DNA from: Candidatus Saccharimonadota bacterium
GTDB taxonomy: Bacteria; Patescibacteriota; Saccharimonadia; Saccharimonadales; Saccharimonadaceae
Direction: 5' to 3'
Assembly: GCA_020160975.1 (NCBI GenBank)
Contig: JAIUPJ010000001.1
Span: forward strand, 240,001 to 272,000
DNA: 32,000 nucleotides
Part shown: piece by piece, positions 24,125 through 32,000 of the stretch
Layout: every line of letters starts with the position of its first letter
Position numbering within the stretch: position 1 is the first letter of the stretch
Position numbers and translations under genes: made by a program
The notes under the pieces: generated by a model
What the model saw: the letters and a program-made list of their open reading frames with translations, nothing else
Told to the model about the DNA's origin: nothing
The model's database searches: none

Positions 24125-25369
24125 CTATAGAACTGCACGCCCACCAAGATATGGTTGCAATACCTTAGGAACTCGTAGCGTTCCATCCTCATTTTGGAAC
24201 GACTCAAGAATCACGACCAGTGATCGTGCCAGGCTGACTGCTGTGCCGTTTAACGAGTGAACCGTGTCTATCGAACCATCTTTGCGCCGTACGCGAATGT
24301 TGAGGTTTCGCGTCTGGAAATCCGTACAGTTACTACAGCTAGTGAGCTCACGGTAAGCCCCGTCTACAGGTGACCAGTACTCAATATCGTACTTTTTGGC
24401 GGCTGGCGCGCCGAGATCACCGGCTGCAATATTGATAACGTGATAATTAATACCGATCGCTTGCCATAGCTCCTCTTCAATTGCGAGAATTTTTTCGTGC
24501 ATCATAAGAGAATCTTCGGGCAAGGTAAAGGCGTACATTTCAAGTTTGTTGAACTGGTGCACGCGAAATAATCCACGAGTATGCTTACCGTAGGTACCTG
24601 CTTCTTTGCGGTAGCAAGGACTATAGCCGACGTAACACAGCGGTAGTTTGTCTTCGTCCAAAATCTCATCAGCGTGATAGCCAGTGAGTGGCGCTTCGGC
24701 TGTGCCAATCATTGTCAGGTCTTCACCCTCGATAAAGTATTCGTTGCCTTCTTTGTCACCACGCGGTGCAAACCCTGCTCCCTCGGCCGTTCGCGTATTC
24801 ACCATGTGCGGTACCGTGAGATACGTGAAGCCTTTTTTAGTGATAAAATCGAGCGCAAATTGCGTAATAGCGTTTTCCAGGAGCGCCAGGTCACCCTTGA
24901 GGAAATAGAACTTTGAGCCTGCGACTTTAGCACCTCGCTCAAAATCAAGCCAGTCGCGTGCCGTCGCGAAATCAACATGATCTTTGGCGCCAGTTGGTTG
25001 GTCGCCTACTCGCTTGATCTCTACACTATTTTCTTCGCCACCGAGTGGCACATCATCGAAGATAATATTTGGCACTGTCTGCATCTGGCGTGCATATGCC
25101 TCATCAGCAACGCGCAAATGATCCTCTATCTCCGCTAGCTCGCCTTTTAGTTGCTTGCCCTGCTCAACAAGCTCGGGAGATGGCTTACCTCCTTTCATCT
25201 GTGAAGAAATCTCGTTACGACGAGTGCGCAGCTCGTCCGCCTTCGACTGAAGTTCACGACGCGATTCATCCGCACTCAACAATTCTTTGATGTCTACATC
25301 ATAGCCTTTGTTGCGCGCAGCCTCCTGAACGAGGTCGGGATTCTCCCTAATGAATCGGATATCTAACAT
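24125..25369 (-). CDS. serS: serine--tRNA ligase
   Basis: MLDIRFIRENPDLVQEAARNKGYDV is the typical SerRS start. It has a coiled-coil arm and class II motifs (FRVHQFNKLE, GTAVSLARSLVVILE). I chose ATG 25369, 20 nt after the ABC permease stop. The ORF-track extension to 25456 overlaps that gene. Confidence 0.93.
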   Translation of the reverse strand: MLDIRFIRENPDLVQEAARNKGYDVDIKELLSADESRRELQSKADELRTRRNEISSQMKGGKPSPELVEQGKQLKGELAEIEDHLRVADEAYARQMQTVPNIIFDDVPLGGEENSVEIKRVGDQPTGAKDHVDFATARDWLDFERGAKVAGSKFYFLKGDLALLENAITQFALDFITKKGFTYLTVPHMVNTRTAEGAGFAPRGDKEGNEYFIEGEDLTMIGTAEAPLTGYHADEILDEDKLPLCYVGYSPCYRKEAGTYGKHTRGLFRVHQFNKLEMYAFTLPEDSLMMHEKILAIEEELWQAIGINYHVINIAAGDLGAPAAKKYDIEYWSPVDGAYRELTSCSNCTDFQTRNLNIRVRRKDGSIDTVHSLNGTAVSLARSLVVILESFQNEDGTLRVPKVLQPYLGGRAVL

Positions 25370-25388
25370 ACTAAAAGTATACCACGGA

Positions 25389-26756
25389 CTACTCTGTACG
25401 TAGCGCTTCAATCGGATCAAGCCGTGCAGCCTTGCGTGCCGGAAACCACCCTGCAACGATCGCCACTACCACTAGAGATCCAATGAGGATAGCAATATGC
25501 CACCATACAAATATTAGCAGCGTATTGTCTCCCAGCGTGAGTGTCTTTGTGATCCACGGATTTAACGCAAGCCCCAATGCTACCGCAGCGCCTGACCCGA
25601 GCACCCCACCAATGAATCCGATCCACGCTGCTTCGTAGCGAAAGAGTTTTGCGATTTGCCGGCGGCTCATTCCCAGTGCTTTCATCAGTCCAATCTGGCT
25701 CGTCCGTTCGAGCACACTGATATATTGTGTGTTAATAATCCCAAACACACTTGCGATCAACGCCAGCACCCCAAACCCTGCGACAATCCCTTGTAGTATA
25801 TTGACTATAGTAAAAATCATTCCCTGCAAATCCTTCGCTGTTTTGGCGGTAACCCCGTGCTCATTCAAGTAATTCGCGGTGGCTTGCGGATCATTACCGT
25901 CAGCTACTTTCGCAACTGCAGTAATGTACTTGTTTGCCTGTGATGTTCCAGTAGTGAGGTAGTCGGATAACTCCTTCGCGCGCGTTTCCGAGATAAACAG
26001 CGCGCTACTCGCAGAGAACGAAGTGCTCGACTTCGCGCTGATAGCCCTCACCGTAAATGATACATCTCGTGCTTCCACTTGTACCAAGTCAGCCACCGCT
26101 TGCTGACCACCAGTCATAAATGCGCGGGCAATCTCATCATCGGTCGGCTGGGCTGCAGTTTTTACAAGATGAAAACTAATTTTTTTGCCAACAAAATCTT
26201 GAGGTGAGGCTCCAGGCTTGGCCTGCTCAAGAAATGATTCGGGTACGACCACTTCGTCGTCACCAATTTGCTCACCTAGTTTTGGTAATGCTCCTGCTGC
26301 TGTAGTCGCAAGTACGTTGGTGTCATACATGGTGATGTCAGAAACAAATTTTTTATCACTACCTTCAAATTGAATGTACTGCGCATTGACCAAGTACATT
26401 GGCACCACGGACTCGACGTGAGGCGCTTGCTTAATCATTGCAATGTCACTTGCATCAAGCGCCTTAAACGTAGCACCTCCGTATTGAGTCGAACTTGTTG
26501 AGTATTCTTTCAATCCTCCTCCCCCTGCTTGACCACCTTCGCCAAAGAGTGATTTATCTTTCGCGATCATGATTGTTTGCGGATTGATATTGCTCGTCAG
26601 CAACTTGTCGGCATATTGTCTTGCACCCTCGCCCACCGCGAGACTTGCAGTCAGAGTAAATGCACCGACTGCAATTGCCAAACTAGTTAAGAACGTTCTA
26701 CCCTTCGCCTGTCGTAAATTTCGACCGGCGCGTTTCATGATATCAAGAGTTCTCAT
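25389..26756 (-). CDS. MacB-type ABC transporter permease (TM1, large periplasmic domain, C-terminal FtsX-fold 3 TM)
   Basis: [35 protein letters not shown] is a typical MacB/LolC-type N-terminus. An extracytoplasmic region of about 270 aa follows, then the FtsX domain (QIGLMKALGMSRRQIAKLF). ATG 26756 overlaps the ATPase stop (ATGA). Confidence 0.85.
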   Translation of the reverse strand: MRTLDIMKRAGRNLRQAKGRTFLTSLAIAVGAFTLTASLAVGEGARQYADKLLTSNINPQTIMIAKDKSLFGEGGQAGGGGLKEYSTSSTQYGGATFKALDASDIAMIKQAPHVESVVPMYLVNAQYIQFEGSDKKFVSDITMYDTNVLATTAAGALPKLGEQIGDDEVVVPESFLEQAKPGASPQDFVGKKISFHLVKTAAQPTDDEIARAFMTGGQQAVADLVQVEARDVSFTVRAISAKSSTSFSASSALFISETRAKELSDYLTTGTSQANKYITAVAKVADGNDPQATANYLNEHGVTAKTAKDLQGMIFTIVNILQGIVAGFGVLALIASVFGIINTQYISVLERTSQIGLMKALGMSRRQIAKLFRYEAAWIGFIGGVLGSGAAVALGLALNPWITKTLTLGDNTLLIFVWWHIAILIGSLVVVAIVAGWFPARKAARLDPIEALRTE

Positions 26757-27436
26757 ATTTTCCCTCCCACCACACGCGATATCTTGCCATCTTTTATCAA
26801 TATCTGCATGTCGCACTTCTTTGCTAAATCAAGGTCGTGTGTCACGACAATTAGCGTAGTGTGATGTTGTTTGTTATACCCAAACAACAACTTCTCAATC
26901 TGATCGCTCGTTGTACTGTCAAGATTTCCTGTTGGCTCATCAGCAAAGAGAATTGCCGGCTCATTGACAATTGCACGCGCAATTGCGAGTCGTTGCTTTT
27001 GGCCTCCTGAAAGGTCACGCGCTCGAGATTTTATTTTATCTTCCAACCCAACTGCTTTGAGTGCGTTCATAACCTTCCTCTTTCGCAGCTTTATTGGTAC
27101 GCGCGCAATTTCAAGCGGCAGACTCACATTGTTGTAGCAGCTTTCATTTCCCTGCACAAAAAAACTCTGAAAAATAAAAGACATTTTTTCACTACGAAAA
27201 GCATCGACCGCCTTTTGATTGAGTGTCAAGATATTTTCATCGTCGATGATAATCTCCCCAGACTCCGGCCTATCGAGGCCACTCATCGCGTGCATCAAAG
27301 TGCTTTTACCGCTTCCGCTTTTGCCAACAATCGCCACACTCGCGCCATCAGGAATCCTAAACGACACATCATCGAGCGCGGTAAACACATTTTTCTTTTT
27401 TCCATAGGTCTTTGTGACATGCAACACCTCGATCAT
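26753..27436 (-). CDS. ABC transporter ATP-binding protein (MacB/LolD-like)
   Basis: 227 aa. Walker A is GKSGSGKST, the signature is LSGGQKQR and Walker B is [12 protein letters not shown]. Confidence 0.9.
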   Translation of the reverse strand: MIEVLHVTKTYGKKKNVFTALDDVSFRIPDGASVAIVGKSGSGKSTLMHAMSGLDRPESGEIIIDDENILTLNQKAVDAFRSEKMSFIFQSFFVQGNESCYNNVSLPLEIARVPIKLRKRKVMNALKAVGLEDKIKSRARDLSGGQKQRLAIARAIVNEPAILFADEPTGNLDSTTSDQIEKLLFGYNKQHHTTLIVVTHDLDLAKKCDMQILIKDGKISRVVGGKI

Positions 27437-27442
27437 TTTGCG

Positions 27443-28273
27443 CTACCCCATTACTCCGCCCGCAACGAGCAGTAAAATTAATAATCCAAGCCCAATTCGA
27501 TACCATACAAATACCGTAAAATCGTGGTGGGACACAAACCGTATTAGCCATGCAATGGACAAGTAGCCAACTACATATGCCGCCACTATGCCTACAATCA
27601 TTGACCCCCATCCCACATGCTCAGAAATGTTTTTTACCTGCGTAAATGCCTGTAGGGTGCCGGCTGCAAGCAGTGCAGGAATACCAAGAAAAAATGACAT
27701 TCGCGTGGCAGTCACTCGATCGATCCCACGCAGCAGCCCCGCGGCAATAGTCGCTCCAGACCGCGAGACTCCGGGGATCAGCGATACGCATTGCATCATC
27801 CCAATGAAGAGTGCGTCTTGCCAGCGCAGCGAGACTTCTTGTCGCTGTTCGGTCGCTTTCTTGTCGGCCCATAGCAACACAAAGCTCCACAAAATAAGTC
27901 CAAGTGCAACTACTGTAAGGCCGCGCAGTGATGACTCAATTGCATGCTTAAACAGCAACCCCACGACGGCGACGGGTACAGTGCCAATAATCACGTACCA
28001 CCCCATACGGTAATCAGTATTTCTTCGCTTCAAAGGGCTCATCACCCCCGCCACCCATGCAGTTGCCACGCGCAAAATATCTGAACGGAAGTACCACACT
28101 GCCGCCGCAATTGCGCCAATTTGCACCACCGCGGTAAAGGCCGTAATGGCCGGACTATCTGTTTTGTACCCCAATAAGCTTTCGACAATCGTGAGGTGTC
28201 CGGTACTCGAAATCGGCAAAAACTCCGTTATGCCCTCGACAATACCCAAGACAATAGCGTGAAATATCTGCAC
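27443..28273 (-). CDS. uppP: undecaprenyl-diphosphate phosphatase
   Basis: 276 aa. AIVLGIVEGITEFLPISSTGHL and PGVSRSGATI are the two conserved BacA/UppP motifs. The start is GTG with GAGGGAG 10 nt upstream and a TATAAT further upstream. Confidence 0.92.
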   Translation of the reverse strand: MQIFHAIVLGIVEGITEFLPISSTGHLTIVESLLGYKTDSPAITAFTAVVQIGAIAAAVWYFRSDILRVATAWVAGVMSPLKRRNTDYRMGWYVIIGTVPVAVVGLLFKHAIESSLRGLTVVALGLILWSFVLLWADKKATEQRQEVSLRWQDALFIGMMQCVSLIPGVSRSGATIAAGLLRGIDRVTATRMSFFLGIPALLAAGTLQAFTQVKNISEHVGWGSMIVGIVAAYVVGYLSIAWLIRFVSHHDFTVFVWYRIGLGLLILLLVAGGVMG

Positions 28274-28310
28274 CTAGCGCCTGCTCCCTCTCATAAGCTC
28301 TTATTATACG

Positions 28311-28808
28311 CTATCCGCGCACCCGAATATAGCGAGTCAGCAGACCATCAAGCAGCAGATGTGAATAATAGCCAACTACTGCCGCACCGTAGAACACAAC
28401 ACTCATTGGTAGCATGCGGTCGTTGTAAAGATATGGCACAATCAGAATAGGTAACGGTACTACCCACGGTGCCCACCGCGCGTGTGTCCAACCACGATGA
28501 TGGCCGATAACCGGTAGCATAGCGATAAGCCCGAGGTACGCCGCCATCTGTAGCTTCCCTTTCCAAATCAAATAAATATCAGTGGGAAACGCTAGCCAAA
28601 AGAATAAGTCTTGTGCTTTGCTGTTCGTATCGACGTCGGGGAAGAGTCCAAACAGCATGGCAATAACGAACACCAGAGCAATCGGCTCTACACCACTTAG
28701 TACCTGCGCGTATTCAGCCATCTGTGCAAGTGGCAGCCACATAACGAGCAGTGTATAGGCCAGTCCCCCGACAAATCCTCCGACCAAATGCCCTCGGTAG
28801 TTCGCCAT
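28311..28808 (-). CDS. small integral membrane protein, YdjM/DUF457-like putative metal-dependent hydrolase
   Basis: 165 aa with about 5 TM helices. His-containing motifs (MANYRGHLVGG, IGHHRGWTH, YYSHLLLD) resemble the YdjM family. Its start codon directly abuts the lysS stop (TAGATG). Confidence 0.55.
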   Translation of the reverse strand: MANYRGHLVGGFVGGLAYTLLVMWLPLAQMAEYAQVLSGVEPIALVFVIAMLFGLFPDVDTNSKAQDLFFWLAFPTDIYLIWKGKLQMAAYLGLIAMLPVIGHHRGWTHARWAPWVVPLPILIVPYLYNDRMLPMSVVFYGAAVVGYYSHLLLDGLLTRYIRVRG

Positions 28809-30317
28809 CTACAATTTTGCTTCAGGATACAGTTCACGGGTGGTGCTGTCGATCTCAGCACGAAGTTGCGGGAACGGCACACCTTCACGAGCCGTCACGC
28901 CTTCAAATATCCAAAACACTCGCTCGCTAAAGCCTAATCCACACGCAGGCGGCATACCATACTCAAGCATTTCGACGTAATCGATATCAAGCATCATTGC
29001 TTCATCATCACCTGCATCACGCATATTCTGTTGTTCGACGAATCGCTGGTACTGCTCCTGCGGGTCGTTGAGCTCGCTAAAGAGATTGCACAGCTCGCTA
29101 CCGGCAATCACCACCTGGGCGCGCTGGGTGGTCTCAGGACGATCTGGATTCGCTTTGGAAAGCGGCGAGATGAAGGTCGGTGTGTTGACGAGCCAAATCG
29201 GTCCCGTCACGTCTTTACGGATATTCTTCCACAGTTTATCGATACCACGGGCCTTGTTGTCGGCCTTTTCGACCTCAAGCTTGTTATCCTGTAGTGCCTG
29301 TCTCACCTGATCGAGTGTGCAGTCAAAAGGATTTAGCCCGTAGCGCTTCTGGATTGTCTCAGCATAATCCCAACGCTCCCAGTTACCCTCAAGATTGACA
29401 TCAAATTCACCGAGCTTGAACTGCAACGTCCCAAACGTTTCGCGCAGGACGAATTTAAATAACTCTTCCTGAAACGCAATCCCGTCCTGCCAGTCTGCAT
29501 ATGCCCAGTACCATTCCATCGCCACGTGTTCGGGGAGATGCTCGTCGCTATAATTCTCGTTTCGAAAGCGAGGGCCGATGTCGTAGACTTTCTCAAAACC
29601 CGCCCCAATCAGGCGTTTCAGCGGCAGCTCGTGGCTGATACGCAGATAAAAATCTTGGTCGAGGGCATCCATGTGTGTCACGAATGGATTAGCATCCGCC
29701 CCGCCTGTCGTATGTTCCAGTACCGGCGTATTTACCTCAACAAATCCCCGCGCATCAAGGAACTTCCTCGTAGCGCTCCAGAATTTCGCCCGTCGCACAA
29801 ATCGGTCACGCACTTCTCGGTTCACATTCATATCGACATAACGGCGGCGCAGCCGCTCTTCCTTGTTAGTGAAGCCTTCTTGGTCGGTCGGCATGCCGCG
29901 CAAGCTCTTTGTCAGCAACTTGAGCTCACGTACATCCACGGAGATTTCACCGGTTTTTGTGCGAATCACAGGCCCTGTAGCTTGCACAAAATCACCAGGG
30001 TCAAGCAGATTGAGCTGCTCCATTCCGAGCTGCGACTTGCTCGCATCCAGCGGCGCGACGGTATCAGACTTGAGAAACAGCTGTACTTGCCCACTCATAT
30101 CGCGCAGCACAAGAAATGCCAACTTGCCGAACTTCCGGGTTGTCATGATACGTCCCGCCACCGTCACTGTCTGGTTCTCTAGGTCGTCAAAATTCCCGAC
30201 TACATCCGCAATAGTTTGAGTGCGTGCTGTATCAGCGGGATAGGCGTTGACACCCAGCTTAGTCAATTCATCCAATTTTCGTAGGCGCTCGTCGCGCAGT
30301 TCTTTCAGTGTTGCCAT
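28809..30317 (-). CDS. lysS: lysine--tRNA ligase (class II)
   Basis: 502 aa. N-terminal OB anticodon-binding domain (VTVAGRIMTTRKFGKLAFLVLRD). Class II motifs (FVEVNTPVLE, YLRISHELPLKRL, FRNE, GLGFSERV). TATAAT (30333..30328) lies 10 nt upstream of the ATG, with no SD. Confidence 0.95.
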   Translation of the reverse strand: MATLKELRDERLRKLDELTKLGVNAYPADTARTQTIADVVGNFDDLENQTVTVAGRIMTTRKFGKLAFLVLRDMSGQVQLFLKSDTVAPLDASKSQLGMEQLNLLDPGDFVQATGPVIRTKTGEISVDVRELKLLTKSLRGMPTDQEGFTNKEERLRRRYVDMNVNREVRDRFVRRAKFWSATRKFLDARGFVEVNTPVLEHTTGGADANPFVTHMDALDQDFYLRISHELPLKRLIGAGFEKVYDIGPRFRNENYSDEHLPEHVAMEWYWAYADWQDGIAFQEELFKFVLRETFGTLQFKLGEFDVNLEGNWERWDYAETIQKRYGLNPFDCTLDQVRQALQDNKLEVEKADNKARGIDKLWKNIRKDVTGPIWLVNTPTFISPLSKANPDRPETTQRAQVVIAGSELCNLFSELNDPQEQYQRFVEQQNMRDAGDDEAMMLDIDYVEMLEYGMPPACGLGFSERVFWIFEGVTAREGVPFPQLRAEIDSTTRELYPEAKL

Positions 30318-30374
30318 AATTGCTTTTATTATAGCAGAATACTAGAGGCCGCACACGACATGCGGTATACTAGA

Positions 30375-30698
30375 ATAGAACTAGACTCCCCGACAGAAAT
30401 GAACATCATGCATGCATTTCGTACCGAACAAGTTGTCCTCCTTCCGCCCGGAACCGCGGGCTGTCCCCACGGACAGGTGGTCGGCCCGTCTCCCGATAGG
30501 CCTGGTGAACTAACCGTCATGACAGGATCGGGCGATCCAATTATGATTGACGTGAGTCCCGAACAGCTCGAGGTATAAGCACCTCAGGCTCGCGGCAACA
30601 CCTGTCGTTGCAGTATGGTCTAAGTTCACCTGCGCCCTCATCAGCCCGGTACTAGCCCTCCGCAACGAGGAAAGCGCCCCGGGTTGGTGGGGCGCTTT
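30375..30698. ncRNA. candidate structured non-coding RNA of unknown class (strand unresolved)
   Basis: It sits in a 405-nt gap with no convincing CDS. By my hand count, 30421-30700 is 170/280 G+C (about 61%), while the other intergenic spacers are AT-rich. Perfect local hairpins lie at 30461-30476, 30525-30538 and 30595-30611. An 8-bp long-range pairing joins GGTGAACT (30504-30511) and AGTTCACC (30623-30630). A TATACT box is at 30366-30371 and a GC-rich terminator hairpin at 30671-30698. I found no hallmark motifs of RNase P, tmRNA, SRP or 6S RNA. Confidence 0.35.
30671..30698. terminator. GC-rich intrinsic terminator hairpin 22 nt after the greA stop; also usable by a plus-strand transcript
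   Basis: AAAGCGCCCC (30671-30680) pairs with GGGGCGCTTT (30689-30698) around an 8-nt loop. The plus strand continues TTTTC. The minus strand continues TTTCCTCGTT. Confidence 0.6.
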
Positions 30699-30722
30699 TC
30701 ATACCGTGACGAATGTTTGCTA

Positions 30723-31178
30723 TTAACTGATTGAAACAATCGTGTAGGTGGTATCGCCTTTTGGCGTAGTAATCGTAGCTTTGTCGCCAACAGCTTTGTC
30801 GAGCAACGCAACACCAAGTGGCGATTCGTTGCTGATTTTGCCGCTAAGCGGATCCGCCTCAACAGGACCGACGATATGATACGTCACGGTCTTGCCGTTT
30901 TTAACTTCCACAGTGCTGCCGAGCTGTACTTTGCTTGATTTCTTTGCCTTGATTTCCTCGGCGTTCATCAAAATGTCCTCGATTTCAGCGATGCGCGTCT
31001 CGACAAGCCCCTGCTCTTCGCGAGCGCTATCGTATTCGGCGTTCTCACTCAGATCTCCATAGTCACGAGCTTCTGCAATTTTGTCTGCAATATCGCCACG
31101 ACGACTTTTGAGTTCAGCTAACTCGGCCTCAAGTTCGGCGCGACCAACGGCAGTGATTTGGTATGCTTTTTTCATCAT
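30723..31178 (-). CDS. greA: transcription elongation factor GreA
   Basis: 151 aa. The coiled-coil N-terminus carries the acidic tip DYGDLSENAEYDSAREEQ. The C-terminal FKBP-like domain contains ISNESPLGVALLDKAVGD. SD AAAGAGG lies upstream. Confidence 0.93.
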   Translation of the reverse strand: MMKKAYQITAVGRAELEAELAELKSRRGDIADKIAEARDYGDLSENAEYDSAREEQGLVETRIAEIEDILMNAEEIKAKKSSKVQLGSTVEVKNGKTVTYHIVGPVEADPLSGKISNESPLGVALLDKAVGDKATITTPKGDTTYTIVSIS

Positions 31179-31262
31179 AATAGTACCTCTTTAATTCCGA
31201 GCCCTCTGGAAGGACCTAGCGTGTTCTGACTAGTGTTTCTTACCCCTCCAAGACTGCTCAAG

Positions 31263-32000
31263 TTAGCCCAGTTTAGCAAGTAATTCTTCTCTCGTCAAGA
31301 GCTCTGTTTCTCCAATCGCCCTTGGGGTGAACTCGAACGTATTCTCTTTGATTAGCCGGTCACTCACCGTCACACGATATGGGATGCCCAGCAGCTCAGC
31401 GTCCGCGAATTTTCTGCCTGGCCGCTCGTCACGGTCATCATACAGTACTTCGATACCCATGTCTTGCAGCTCGCGGTAGAGCGCATCTGCCTGCTCGGTC
31501 GATTCTTGCCCTATTTGCACTAGATACACCCGGTAGGGAGCGACGGCTTCTGGCCAGACTATCCCCTTGTCATCGGCAAATTTCTCAACAATCACGCCCA
31601 TAGCACGCGTAATACCAATGCCATACGACCCAAGGTAGACGGGTTTTTCAGTGCCATCTTTGTCAGTGAAATACAGCCCCATTTCCTCGCCTTTTTGTGA
31701 ACCAAAGTTAAAGATATTGCCCGCTTCAACTGATTTGACGCGTTCCATTTCGTCTTTACTTACACCCAGCTCTTTGACGGCGTCATCGAGCACTTCTTCG
31801 TTAACAGCAATATTTTTGCCGCGGTGCAGATAAACATAATCTTCACCAGCGTCGCAAATCGTCTGAAACTCGTGGCTAAACTTCGTAAACGCCCCACCGC
31901 TCGCAAAGGTGACATACGTATCGTCCCCGATACCAAGACGATCATACACATGCTTGTAGGCCTCGATGGTTTTGTCGTAGTAAGCCGCCAAATCCTCGGC
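31263..32000 (-). CDS. proS: proline--tRNA ligase (bacterial-type catalytic core and anticodon-binding domain); N-terminus lies beyond the window edge
   Basis: ...FSHEFQTICDAGED...VEAGNIFNFGSQKGEEMGLYF...GSYGIGITRAMGVIVEKFADDKGIVWPEAVAPYRVYLV...DDRDERPGRKFADAELLGIPYRVTV aligns with ProRS motifs 2/3 and the class IIa anticodon-binding domain. The frame stays open to position 32000. Confidence 0.9.
   Translation of the reverse strand, partial: AEDLAAYYDKTIEAYKHVYDRLGIGDDTYVTFASGGAFTKFSHEFQTICDAGEDYVYLHRGKNIAVNEEVLDDAVKELGVSKDEMERVKSVEAGNIFNFGSQKGEEMGLYFTDKDGTEKPVYLGSYGIGITRAMGVIVEKFADDKGIVWPEAVAPYRVYLVQIGQESTEQADALYRELQDMGIEVLYDDRDERPGRKFADAELLGIPYRVTVSDRLIKENTFEFTPRAIGETELLTREELLAKLG

Noticed and set aside
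30360-30578. 72-aa plus-strand ORF (or 59 aa from ATG 30399) inside the lysS-greA gap as a small protein gene
   Set aside because: It has no SD. It is also not at leaderless spacing from the TATACT box, since the nearest in-frame ATG is 27 nt downstream. The Pro/Gly-rich sequence matches no family I recognise, and the region is dense in perfect hairpins. I keep it only as an alternative explanation under the ncRNA finding.
30637-30644. CUGAUGAG (minus strand) as a hammerhead ribozyme core
   Set aside because: No stem II hairpin followed by GAAA can be formed after it. The isolated heptamer is probably a chance match.
30375-30700. RNase P RNA, tmRNA, SRP RNA or 6S RNA
   Set aside because: On either strand I found no GAGGAAAGUCC paired with ACAGAA-CGGCUUA in the right order. 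There is no tRNA-like T-arm or CCA end. There is no GGAA tetraloop with the AGCA helix-8 motif, and no single long closing stem. GAGGAAAG at 30667 is part of the terminator context. A covariance-model search is still needed.
30318-30722. T-box or lysine (L-box) riboswitch leader for lysS on the minus strand
   Set aside because: There is no T-box consensus (GGGUGGNACCGCG) next to a terminator/antiterminator near the start codon. The L-box-like fragments (GAGGGCGC, CUGUCAUG) lack the required complementary GCGCC-GAAG partner. In addition, lysS appears to have its own -10 box only 10 nt from the ATG.
1-32000. Mobile elements, defence systems, CRISPR arrays, toxin-antitoxin pairs, tRNA/rRNA genes
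   Set aside because: Reading both strands, I saw no repeat-spacer arrays, inverted terminal repeats, or transposase, integrase or nuclease-type ORFs. There are also no cloverleaf-sized gaps. Every gap over 60 nt is accounted for above.

Overview
This window is a tightly packed, ordinary core-genome segment. I count 34 protein-coding genes, 31 of them on the minus strand, and two (glyQS, proS) are cut by the window edges. Intergenic gaps are short and many neighbouring genes overlap by 4 nt. I saw no rRNA, tRNA, CRISPR array, transposase, integrase or phage gene.

**Content**
- Translation: four aminoacyl-tRNA synthetases (glyQS, serS, lysS, proS), prfB, rpmA, hpf and greA.
- DNA repair: recO and xseAB.
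- Secretion: secA.
- Cell envelope and division: murI, murD, uppP, and ftsE-ftsX followed by a coiled-coil CHAP hydrolase. This group also includes an S41 Ctp protease, M48 and M16 peptidases, a lemA-TPM pair and a MacB-type ABC pair.
- Signalling: a sensor-less histidine kinase with a receiver-only response regulator, plus a second orphan receiver.

**Likely source.** The reduced domain architectures (ProRS without the INS domain, SecA without the zinc tail, receiver-only regulators), roughly 50% GC and the gene content suggest a small-genome Patescibacteria/Saccharibacteria-like organism. This is a low-confidence inference. The standard genetic code is in use: RF2 is present and TGA acts as a stop.

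**No clear novel multi-gene system.** The items most worth a second look are:
1. A 405-nt, GC-rich, hairpin-dense intergenic region between lysS and greA (30318-30722). It looks like an unassigned structured RNA.
2. A monocistronic 297-aa orphan protein with its own near-consensus promoter and a strong terminator.
3. A recurring pattern of -10 boxes placed 6-10 nt from start codons, implying leaderless mRNAs, alongside classic SD-led genes.
4. An ftsEX / PcsB-like hydrolase / Ctp protease neighbourhood.

All calls rest on reading and translating the sequence by eye. No database search was run.
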